From a virus, in IMG/VR virus record IMGVR_UViG_3300045988_147372, positions 1-42,832 of that record: a stretch of 42,832 nucleotides of DNA; one strand, written 5' to 3'. Under the pieces are notes generated by a model. That model ran no database searches. It was not told the origin of the DNA and saw only the letters and a list, made by a program, of their open reading frames with translations. Shown in pieces: positions 1 through 8,008 of the stretch; positions within the stretch are counted from its first letter, which is position 1; every line of letters begins with the position of its first letter. A program made the translations under genes and the position numbers.

Positions 1-40
1 TAACCCGGACGGCCGAGCAATGCGAACATGTTCTTCTTGT
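1..40. repeat. attL core (direct repeat of 42793..42832)
   Basis: TAACCCGGACGGCCGAGCAATGCGAACATGTTCTTCTTGT is 40/40 identical at both ends. The repeat touches the window edges, so its true length may be greater. Confidence 0.85.
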
Positions 41-140
41 TGTGATTTGCTTGAACACTGATTCCATAGGGTTTAAAATCGCCGGTGTAAAAGCAAAAAT
101 AGCTCTATATCAATTTCTTAGGTTTCACAATTTCGGATTC

Positions 141-161
141 ACTTCACCACAACTTCACCAC
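141..161 (+). repeat. Candidate integrase arm-type sites: two ACTTCACCAC copies 11 bp apart
   Basis: ACTTCACCAC at 141..150 and 152..161. The same motif pair with the same spacing and orientation recurs next to attR (42669..42689). Confidence 0.5.
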
Positions 162-440
162 GAATTTCTTATATTTATCGCATTTCATAAATAAGCCGCC
201 GATTCGTAACAGCAAGCCAACGATCATTTTAAAAGTTATCGATTTCTAAGCATACTTACATCATTTATTCTTAACAACATAAAGCTTTTTTGCTCGCTTA
301 TTGAAGATGAATTAATATTCGCGTTCTGCATGGTATAATGTCATAATGACGGCAAATGAAATTAGTGAAACAAAAAGATGCATCATTATGCAATATTCTG
401 CTGATCCATTGGTGACCCATGTGCTATAATTGATTTATAG

Positions 441-468
441 AAAAAGCACCGTGCTTTCACACGATGCT
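441..468 (-). terminator. Intrinsic terminator of the toxin mRNA
   Basis: Minus strand reads AGCAUCGUG-ugaaag-CACGGUGCU (9 bp, one G.U) followed by UUUUU. Confidence 0.6.
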
Positions 469-534
469 TCTGAGATTGGCCGTCTTATCAGCAGCTAGCC
501 TCAGTAACAACTAAAACAACCTTGCAGTTGCTTT

Positions 535-573
535 AACCGTCTTCAGCTGGCCGGCCGGACGGTTATTTTTTTT
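535..573 (+). terminator. Intrinsic terminator (plus strand)
   Basis: AACCGTC / GACGGTT stem around a GGCCGGCC-containing loop, followed by an 8-T run. It overlaps the toxin stop codon. Confidence 0.65.
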
Positions 574-643
574 GGCCTTTAACAATAGTCGCAATCAGAA
601 GCCCGAAAGCAATCATCAACGACAAAGTTTCATACACGCTCAT
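563..643 (-). CDS. 26-aa hydrophobic peptide resembling the putative holin-like toxin family (type I toxin)
   Basis: MSVYETLSLMIAFGLLIATIVKGQKK, preceded by a GGAG RBS (GGCGGAGATATGCGCAatg). One TM helix with a K-rich C-terminus. Below the 60-aa cutoff of the ORF track. Confidence 0.65.
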   Translation of the reverse strand: MSVYETLSLMIAFGLLIATIVKGQKK

Positions 644-876
644 TGCGCATATCTCCGCCTTAAAATTTTCCATAGGCATCACCCCTTAGATGCAGTGCAA
701 AACACCAATCCGCGAGGCTAGCCACCGTGCGACCAACTCAGTTCAAATTATACTATGCATTTTTCTTATATACCATCTTGACAAGCCAACAAAAGTTGAT
801 GTCAAGGCGTTCTGCATCGTTGCAACGATTCTACAATTTTTCTTAGATTTTGCAACTATGTGAACTTTACACAATC

Positions 877-919
877 AAAAAAAGTCCTCCACCCGCGTTA
901 GCGAGCAGAGGACCTTTTT
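877..919. terminator. Bidirectional intrinsic terminator downstream of the endolysin gene
   Basis: GTCCTC / GAGGAC stem with an inner CGC/GCG helix. Flanked by A7 on the left (U-run for the minus strand) and T5 on the right. Confidence 0.6.
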
Positions 920-920
920 G

Positions 921-2102
921 CTATCTGATATACAGGCTTTCGCCAGGGTAGATCAGACTGTAAATTGATTTGCCATTGTTAGCCGCAAGCGTGTACATGC
1001 TGATGCCATACTTGCTGGCAATACTCCAGAAGCTGTCACCAGAGCGGACTGTGTAGTACGTGTGCGAATAGGTTTGCGCATTTGAACTGCGCGAACCATA
1101 GCTCTCACCACCATTTACGCCTAGCGCAACATAGTGATACCTGCCTGAGTAGCTGAGATAACGCGCCCAAACATATGTGCCACGGATATACACGTGATCA
1201 TAAATCACACTTTCACCGGGTGCATAGCTACCAACGGATGCATAGCCGGTGCCGGCACCAGTGCGGATGTTAACAGTCGCGGACGACTTGAAAACACCAG
1301 TTTGCGCATAGTCGGTATTACTGGCTGCATTTGATGTTGCTGGTTGGCTTGGTAACGGTGTTACAGGTGCTGGCGGAGTTTCTGGTTGGCTCGAGTATCC
1401 ACTATCAGTGATACCAAGCAGATCAATGTTACCATCGAGACCTTGCGACAACCCGAATGCACTCGTGTACTGCCAAATAGCCACACCATCCATACTCGGA
1501 AAATAACCGTAGTCTGGTTTGGTAGTTGGTAGATAATCACGGTAAGCAGCAATCCAAAGGCTGTTAGGAAATTCTTTCAAAATACGCTGATAATCGACAT
1601 GTGCCAATGTATATGGCTTGTAACTGTAATACATGGGCGTGTAGCCTTCTGAATGAATGCGCCGCATACCAGCTAAAATTGCATCCGTATTAGCTGCCAT
1701 ATTGCCAGAAGCACCATCTTCGTAATCCAAAGCAACGATGCTTCCCTTTGGTGTCTGTGCTTTGATGCGAGGCATATAACGGTCAAGCGCTTCTAATCCC
1801 AACTGGCTACTTGCGCCAACACCATACCAGATGTAGCTATGCACACGTTTTCTTGCCGCCTTGGCACTGGCAATTTGACTATCGTACGTCCACTGATCGA
1901 TGTAAGTACCACCGTAAGTGCCACCAATCTGAGCGATTACGAACTTATCTTGATCGGTGCCGTATCGTCCACTTGCTCCCTGATACTTTGACCAATCAGG
2001 TCCCTGATCATCCTTTGCCGCATTGACCTGCGATGGCAGGGCAAAAGAAATAGCCGCCAAGAAGGCGACTACCAAAGTAATTAGTTTAGTTTTAAATTTC
2101 AT
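921..2102 (-). CDS. Endolysin: Sec-type signal peptide + GH25 muramidase + SH3-like region + C-terminal LysM
   Basis: Start moved to MKFKTKLITLVVAFLAAISFALPSQVNA-AK behind RBS AAGGAGGG. GH25-like DWSKYQG...FVIAQIGG...ALDYED. C-terminal YTVRSGDSFWSIASKYGISMYTLAANNG matches LysM. Confidence 0.85.
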   Translation of the reverse strand: MKFKTKLITLVVAFLAAISFALPSQVNAAKDDQGPDWSKYQGASGRYGTDQDKFVIAQIGGTYGGTYIDQWTYDSQIASAKAARKRVHSYIWYGVGASSQLGLEALDRYMPRIKAQTPKGSIVALDYEDGASGNMAANTDAILAGMRRIHSEGYTPMYYSYKPYTLAHVDYQRILKEFPNSLWIAAYRDYLPTTKPDYGYFPSMDGVAIWQYTSAFGLSQGLDGNIDLLGITDSGYSSQPETPPAPVTPLPSQPATSNAASNTDYAQTGVFKSSATVNIRTGAGTGYASVGSYAPGESVIYDHVYIRGTYVWARYLSYSGRYHYVALGVNGGESYGSRSSNAQTYSHTYYTVRSGDSFWSIASKYGISMYTLAANNGKSIYSLIYPGESLYIR

Positions 2103-2112
2103 GGTGCCCTCC

Positions 2113-2559
2113 TTATTGCTGTGGAGTAACAGACGCCGGTGCGAGCTGAGCCTTAACTGCATCTGCTGCTGCTTGAGCTGCGGCAGCTACCTTATCTTGA
2201 TTAGATGCTTCCTGATCGACTGTCTTTTTCGGATAGGTTTCTGCTAGGCTGTCTTTCAAATCCGCATAAGATTGTTCAACTGCATTGGCAATTGTCTGAT
2301 CGTCTGTGCTGGTGAAACCAAGCGATTTTAAACCATCTTTCACAGCCTGAATGGCAGTCGATTTCTTAACCGCACCGTCAATCGCCTGTGTCACACCGAG
2401 CTGTTCTGCCGCTGTTACCGCAGCATTTGCCAATGGACCTAATACCTTTGCCAAAGTGAGCGCTTGCTTGTTAGCCAGCAACTGTTTTGAGATCCAAGCC
2501 CCAATGATTGGGACTGCCGCAACTGCAAGTGATACTACAAGATCTGTCAAATTATTCAT
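2113..2559 (-). CDS. Holin, LL-H-like family
   Basis: Start at MNNLTDLVVSLAVAAVPIIGAWISK (N-terminal TM) followed by a long soluble tail. Lies immediately upstream of the endolysin. Confidence 0.6.
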   Translation of the reverse strand: MNNLTDLVVSLAVAAVPIIGAWISKQLLANKQALTLAKVLGPLANAAVTAAEQLGVTQAIDGAVKKSTAIQAVKDGLKSLGFTSTDDQTIANAVEQSYADLKDSLAETYPKKTVDQEASNQDKVAAAAQAAADAVKAQLAPASVTPQQ

Positions 2560-2770
2560 GATTGTTTTCCTTTCTGAGACGCTCATTCTCACGTCTCAAA
2601 CGGTCATTTTCTGTACGTAATCTGTCGTTCATGTCCTCAAGCTCATCATGCCTGTTCTTTCGTTTACCTTCTCTGTAGGTCAGATAAGCAATAAGCGTTG
2701 GAACGATGGTTGCAATGTATGGAGTAGAATCGACAATGATTTTAGTTATCGCTGCTGTCACGGCTGTCAC
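2552..2770 (-). CDS. Small membrane-anchored coiled-coil protein (lysis cassette accessory)
   Basis: One TM segment (PYIATIVPTLIAYL), then DRLRTENDRLRRENERLRKE. A GTG at 2761 has better RBS spacing, so the start is uncertain. Confidence 0.5.
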   Translation of the reverse strand: MTAVTAAITKIIVDSTPYIATIVPTLIAYLTYREGKRKNRHDELEDMNDRLRTENDRLRRENERLRKENNHE

Positions 2771-3137
2771 TCCTTCGTGCCAGAATCAGCACGAAGGCTG
2801 TTATGATCGCATTGCTGATCCAATTTGAGTAGATTCCAGTTGAGATGGATGTCAGGAATTGCAGTATTGTCAAGAACGACATTAAAAAGCTGGTAGTTGT
2901 GAGCAACAGACGATTGGTCACTGCTAACTGTGTTTCCCATAGCACCCAACCCCCAATCCCGAGCCCATCAATGACAAACAAAAACCCCACAATGTCATCG
3001 TTTAACCAGTCAGAGTAATGTGGAGGCCAGATGAAATAATGATCATTGATGATCAGGAACAAGCCGATGGCAACCATGCCAATGGCGAGCGCTGCGTGTG
3101 TCGGGTGATCTCTGATTTTATTTAGCATTGTCATCAC
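2742..3137 (-). CDS. Four-TM membrane protein (possible second holin or antiholin)
   Basis: Four hydrophobic segments. RBS GGAAGGAA. The ATG at 3134 is the likely true start. Confidence 0.5.
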   Translation of the reverse strand: MMTMLNKIRDHPTHAALAIGMVAIGLFLIINDHYFIWPPHYSDWLNDDIVGFLFVIDGLGIGGWVLWETQLAVTNRLLLTTTSFLMSFLTILQFLTSISTGIYSNWISNAIITAFVLILARRSDSRDSSDN

Positions 3138-3147
3138 TTCCTTCCAT

Positions 3148-3174
3148 AAAAATAGCCGCTAGCTTTTGCTGGCG
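3148..3174 (-). terminator. Intrinsic terminator between tail and lysis modules
   Basis: Minus strand: CGCCAGC-aaaa-GCUAGCG stem, then CUAUUUUUAUG. It shares an exact 20-nt repeat (3145..3164) with 17651..17670. Confidence 0.55.
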
Positions 3175-3282
3175 ACATAGTCACTGCCTGTGATTTGTTT
3201 GTATTGATCTTGGGTGATCATTATCGGTACATAAGGTGTTAAATCAATTCGCCAACTGTAAAGTAGTGCACACTGATCATAA

Positions 3283-3573
3283 TTAGTCACTTGATTTCGC
3301 CGCCTTTAGCTTAGCTACTTCAAGAGTAAGCGCGGCAATCATCTGCTGTTCTGGTGACGATCCGGGGAGTGGATGATCATTAGCCGGATCGTAACCCTCA
3401 TCGGCAACGATTTTGCCGTCTACAAGAGATGCGTGACCCTCAAAAAACTGAGACACGTCATCTGCTTCGATGATTTGTTGGCCGTCACCTGTTGGACCCA
3501 CTTTGGCGTCTTCCGCTTCATAGGCCCAGTTGGTCAGGCGGTTTTGCTCATCTAGCCAAATCTTAATCTTCAT
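3283..3573 (-). CDS. Small tail-module protein, function unknown
   Basis: 96-aa ORF abutting the stop of the upstream tail gene. No recognisable motif. Confidence 0.5.
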   Translation of the reverse strand: MKIKIWLDEQNRLTNWAYEAEDAKVGPTGDGQQIIEADDVSQFFEGHASLVDGKIVADEGYDPANDHPLPGSSPEQQMIAALTLEVAKLKAAKSSD

Positions 3574-3574
3574 C

Positions 3575-6010
3575 TTAATTCACCACCGCATCGTTGATTG
3601 GATACGCATCGCGCGTAATAAAGCCTAAGCTGCCAGCATACCCGCCTTGTCCACGCCACGGAATGATATAAATTCCACCCGCTGAAACATACAATTCACA
3701 GGCCGCACCCGTATACGACATGCTACCGAGTAACCTTGCTGCATCATCATTATTAAATGGGCTATATCCTGGTCGAATGTTGGCAATTTTGACCCACCCA
3801 TTGCCAGTTTTCATTTCAAAAGCAATCCCAATGGTGACATTTGGGCCTTTTCTTGAATATCCAATTTTCAGACTTTTAACGTCATTGGTTTCAAGGCCAC
3901 TGTCGATATGCTGATAGAAAACTGAATCAGCCGCCGTAAACGTTGAAGCAAGCGTGACATCTTGTCCAGATGGGTTATACAAAGATTTTAGGGTCAGCAT
4001 GCCTTGGCGTGCATCAACGGAACTAACTTCCTTACCGTTGTACATTGACTTACTAACCAAGCCCAATTGATCAACTTTAGATTGATACGTCTGCTTGCTA
4101 TCGCTATCCAGCGTTGCATTCGTGACCATGCTGCCACCACTAATTTTTGTCGTCCCACTGATCGTATTTGGAAAACCATCCGGTTGGATGTGGTTGAAAG
4201 ATGAGATAAAGGTAGATCCGTTAAAAGTGACCCCATTAAAAGTCATGCCATTAAAGGTTTCGGCATTTAATGCTTTGGCTGCAATTGGTTTTGAATCCCA
4301 ACCACTTGTGGTATCAAATATGGCAAAAGCGGCAAGATTTCCGTCCTCGTCGGTTAACCAGTGCTGGTCCCCAGCCTTTGGTTTAGCAGGATAACTCGGG
4401 CCAACCGTCACAACTGGAACATTATCACTACCGTCTTTACCATTACGGCCATCTTGGCCTTTGAACAACGCCCACAAGTAGCGTGTCGGGTCGGTACTGT
4501 CAGCTTGCGTTTCGTCAACGTACTGCCCGAAGTAAGATCTACCGCTGGCATCTGTAACTGAAAAATCAGTTTTACCATCGATGCTATTAGCATACGCAGT
4601 ATGAAGATAGCTGCTGGTACCGTCGGCACCCTTAGGCCCCGGCTTACCGTCAGCGCCGTCTTCGCCCTGAATCAACTCCCAGCGATTAGCATAATCAGCC
4701 GGATTGTCGCTGGGGACTGACGTCTTGTCTGACCAAACAATTGCTCTATACTTTTTGCCGGCTGGCAGTGCTGACATGTTAGTACCCTTGTCATCATCGG
4801 CATAGCGGGTCCACGGATAAAATTTAAGTGTTTTAGCCATGTTGGCCATCTGGTTGGCAAGATCGCTGAGTCGTTGGTCAAAGCTGACGGTCTCGTGAGC
4901 GAACTCACCCAGAGTCAACTGGACTGAATGGTTAGCACGGCTCCGCTGAATGCTCAATACCTTGGCAGACAAGAATAGTTGCTGGTTTTCATCGGCGATG
5001 TGGACGGTTTGATTCAGTGGTACGTATGGTGAGTTAACCAAATCAATATCGTACGTTTCGTTTGGATGGTTATACTTCTTCAAGTCTGCCAACGCCGCTT
5101 GCAAAAGTGCCGCCTGCGAGTTTGAATCAAACGTTTTAACCCGATTCCAGTCAGACTGTGTTGGGTTAGGGTTGCTGTTGCTTAACAAACGTGAATATTT
5201 CTGCACAGCAATGGTATCGTGCAAGAACCCGTACTGATCAAGCACAAACTGTCCCGTTGGATCAGTCCAGTTGTAGCCGATCAAGTTGATTGGATCCTGA
5301 TTAGTTGATCCATCCGTGCTTTCTGGCACCGCTCCATAAGCCTTGATAGAGGTTTCCATGTCATAGGTATCGAGGTGCGTGACGATATTGTTGATGTCCT
5401 TATTCATTTCAAAGGAAATCAAGCTGTCACCGGCCGTTTCATGTCGAATGTTAATGACATGCTTAACCAAATTCGTTCCAACAAACTCAAATCCAAAGCT
5501 AAGCACTGCATCAAAATCTTTTGCCACGGCAATAATACGAGCCAACGATGATTCTTCACTAGTCCACTCGAGTGTTCGAACATTGTCAGGAAATTCGTTG
5601 ATGCCAATTTCCCAGCCTGAATCATTTGTAAACCTTGTAATGTATTCAGCGATGGTATATGGCTTGTCAGCCTTGAAGGCGCCAACGGTTTCGTTAATCA
5701 AATCATTACCAGCATCACTAGCAACAATTGAGTGAATGTGGCCTAGTGAATCATGGTCAACCGATTCAATCACCATTTGGTGGCCGTTGCCTTCTTCGTC
5801 TTGATACATGATGAAGTTGGTAACTTTGGCCATCTCATTGACGGCTTGTTCCTGGTCAGTCGTGAAGTGAATATCAAGTTTTAGTTCAACCGCAGGACGA
5901 TTATCAACACTTTGTGTTTCTACATCGTTGTCAATCCGCCATTCGCCTTTGCCATCAGTCGATCCAACACCCAAAATGTTTGATTTTCGATCTGCAAAAT
6001 AATACTCCAT
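3575..6010 (-). CDS. Tail-associated lysin / baseplate (Tal-like) protein with collagen-like repeats
   Basis: 811 aa, positioned after Dit. G-X-Y runs GEDGADGKPGPKGADG and GQDGRNGKDGSD. FNG repeats ETFNGMTFNGVTFNGSTF. Confidence 0.6.
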   Translation of the reverse strand: MEYYFADRKSNILGVGSTDGKGEWRIDNDVETQSVDNRPAVELKLDIHFTTDQEQAVNEMAKVTNFIMYQDEEGNGHQMVIESVDHDSLGHIHSIVASDAGNDLINETVGAFKADKPYTIAEYITRFTNDSGWEIGINEFPDNVRTLEWTSEESSLARIIAVAKDFDAVLSFGFEFVGTNLVKHVINIRHETAGDSLISFEMNKDINNIVTHLDTYDMETSIKAYGAVPESTDGSTNQDPINLIGYNWTDPTGQFVLDQYGFLHDTIAVQKYSRLLSNSNPNPTQSDWNRVKTFDSNSQAALLQAALADLKKYNHPNETYDIDLVNSPYVPLNQTVHIADENQQLFLSAKVLSIQRSRANHSVQLTLGEFAHETVSFDQRLSDLANQMANMAKTLKFYPWTRYADDDKGTNMSALPAGKKYRAIVWSDKTSVPSDNPADYANRWELIQGEDGADGKPGPKGADGTSSYLHTAYANSIDGKTDFSVTDASGRSYFGQYVDETQADSTDPTRYLWALFKGQDGRNGKDGSDNVPVVTVGPSYPAKPKAGDQHWLTDEDGNLAAFAIFDTTSGWDSKPIAAKALNAETFNGMTFNGVTFNGSTFISSFNHIQPDGFPNTISGTTKISGGSMVTNATLDSDSKQTYQSKVDQLGLVSKSMYNGKEVSSVDARQGMLTLKSLYNPSGQDVTLASTFTAADSVFYQHIDSGLETNDVKSLKIGYSRKGPNVTIGIAFEMKTGNGWVKIANIRPGYSPFNNDDAARLLGSMSYTGAACELYVSAGGIYIIPWRGQGGYAGSLGFITRDAYPINDAVVN

Positions 6011-8008
6011 TTATAGCCAAGCCTCCCTTACCTCGACTTCACACGCAAATGGTTGTGCCCAGCTCGAAGGTGAAAGATCAATCTTAGTATCACCTGGTGG
6101 TAGCTTGAATTGTTCCCACTGATTGCCAAGTGTGTGCATGGTTAAATCCAACGCCCCGTTCAAGTACGTCTTAGCGTCAGCTACATCAATCTTGAGAACA
6201 TCACCATCGCTAAAACGATTCTTGATATTCGTATACCAGATAACGTTTTGCCATTTGACGGTAGAGGCAATGAGATACATAGTCGATTCGCCCCATGTCT
6301 TGTCACGCATGAACCACGCGGAAAATTGCTTGGTCTCAACATCGTCTGCATCCTCAAACGTAAGTGGAACTGAAATCGTCGTCTCTCGTCCTTGATTGCC
6401 AATCCACGGTGATATGTTGAAAAACACTGACTTGCCGTACTTCTGCAACTCCAACTGAATGAACTTGTCGTTAGTGAAGATACTGCGATCAAGCTTTCTA
6501 TTGACGACTAGTTGGCCTTTGTAGTAGCACATCCACCAAAGTTGATCGGACAATGCGCTATTATCCTTCAGTATCATCTGGAAGATTGGCTTGCCGTCAC
6601 TTTCTAACGTTGTTTCGAGCGCACCTACCTGTGCTACCCCAGTTTGGAAGCGTGTCATAACGTTCCATGTGAGATTGCTCTTGAAGTTACCGTTGTGTGT
6701 CTTGATAAGGTCGTGTTTGATTGAAGGACCACTCCAATACTTATGGTCGCCAGTAATACTGGGCCAATTAGGCTCAACCTTCCAGCCATCGTAGCTGTCC
6801 TGCGTCCAAATCGCATTGCCAATCTGTTCATTAGGCATACTAGGATCACCACCCCAATAGGGATTATTTGTGGCGGCTTGATTATCCATATGTGAGCCTT
6901 GCACGGCTGCCAAATCAAGTGCTACTTCGCTTTCTTCGGTGGTGAAACCATCTATTTCTTGCGTACCGAATTGAAGAATACCCGGGCGATCATTGACGAT
7001 CCCAACCATGCCGTTATCCGCGTGCATAGTTGCCGTAATAACTGGCTCAACAGGATAAGTGCCACCATTGTGCACCGTAATGGTGTTGGTATAGTATTCA
7101 GGATCCGCTGGGTTAGGCGACCATGGAGAAGCAGAAGCACCAGCCTCTAATTTTGGCATGTAAAAATATAGAAAAGTGCCCTTAGTCAAATCAAAAACTT
7201 TCGTGAAATTGTACAAATCGATGGCGCGTAATGTTTTCCCAGCATTTGCAGCTGGCCAAGTAAACGTGCTAACTATCCTATATATGTTCGCGGAAACATT
7301 AACAAGCGAGTCCGATCCTCCCGTATTGTGAGCATATGGTGTATACCACGATACTTGAACAGCATTTCCTGTTACTGGAGCATTAGTGCTAACAAAAATT
7401 GATTGTGTGTACGTATTACCAACCGTTGGTACATATCCAAATCCATTGCCCTGTGGTAAGACTTCTGGGGCGCTGACCGTGACTGGCAATCCTATTCTGG
7501 TCAGCAAGCGACTACTGTCCCAGTTTGTCTCTGGAATGCCTCCACCCATAGTGAATGCATCGTTTGTTCCCGTCAGTAGATTCACCGGCACGTCCTTGTA
7601 TGGCATATTGTCAAACGTCTGCGTGGCTACCGAGTGCGCAATGCCATCGGGAACAGTAAACGTTATGGTCAGCGTGTTGTGAAGATAGGCCTCATCTAAC
7701 GTGATCTGTCCAGTTGAAATGGCATTGTAATAGATATCTGGCTCATCAGCAAATATAAGCTTGGTCGGTGTCGAGGTGGTTAATGCATCAGCTAGCAATC
7801 TTCGCTTTTCATTAACGTTAGTTCTAACAATGGCCGTTACAACAATCGTGCCTTCATCAGCTCGAATGTAAGAGAGCATTTTACCATCAGACTTACCAAC
7901 TTGATCAAGTTGTGGTACACGATTTTGTCCAACATTTCTAGTGACAATTAAAATGCCATCAAGCCATTTAGAAATATTGGTATCTCCAAAAGTAATCGCT
8001 AAAGTCAT
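6011..8008 (-). CDS. Distal tail protein (Dit), long form with inserted domains
   Basis: 665 aa immediately after the tape measure gene. N-terminus MTLAITFGDTNISKWLDGILIV is typical of siphovirus tail-family proteins. Confidence 0.6.
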   Translation of the reverse strand: MTLAITFGDTNISKWLDGILIVTRNVGQNRVPQLDQVGKSDGKMLSYIRADEGTIVVTAIVRTNVNEKRRLLADALTTSTPTKLIFADEPDIYYNAISTGQITLDEAYLHNTLTITFTVPDGIAHSVATQTFDNMPYKDVPVNLLTGTNDAFTMGGGIPETNWDSSRLLTRIGLPVTVSAPEVLPQGNGFGYVPTVGNTYTQSIFVSTNAPVTGNAVQVSWYTPYAHNTGGSDSLVNVSANIYRIVSTFTWPAANAGKTLRAIDLYNFTKVFDLTKGTFLYFYMPKLEAGASASPWSPNPADPEYYTNTITVHNGGTYPVEPVITATMHADNGMVGIVNDRPGILQFGTQEIDGFTTEESEVALDLAAVQGSHMDNQAATNNPYWGGDPSMPNEQIGNAIWTQDSYDGWKVEPNWPSITGDHKYWSGPSIKHDLIKTHNGNFKSNLTWNVMTRFQTGVAQVGALETTLESDGKPIFQMILKDNSALSDQLWWMCYYKGQLVVNRKLDRSIFTNDKFIQLELQKYGKSVFFNISPWIGNQGRETTISVPLTFEDADDVETKQFSAWFMRDKTWGESTMYLIASTVKWQNVIWYTNIKNRFSDGDVLKIDVADAKTYLNGALDLTMHTLGNQWEQFKLPPGDTKIDLSPSSWAQPFACEVEVREAWL

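Larger units (their letters stand above)
437..573 (+). ncRNA. Candidate antitoxin sRNA, convergent with the holin-like toxin gene
   Basis: Extended -10 TGcTATAAT at 422..430 and intrinsic terminator at 535..573. The ~137-nt RNA would be fully complementary to the 3' end and 3' UTR of the minus-strand toxin mRNA. Confidence 0.45.

Noticed and set aside
1-192. Plus-strand frame open from the window start through attL into phage DNA (TRTAEQCEHVLLVVICLN...)
   Set aside because: The translation does not look like a real protein. The minus-strand frame through attR is a more plausible host-gene end, but neither can be settled without flanking sequence.
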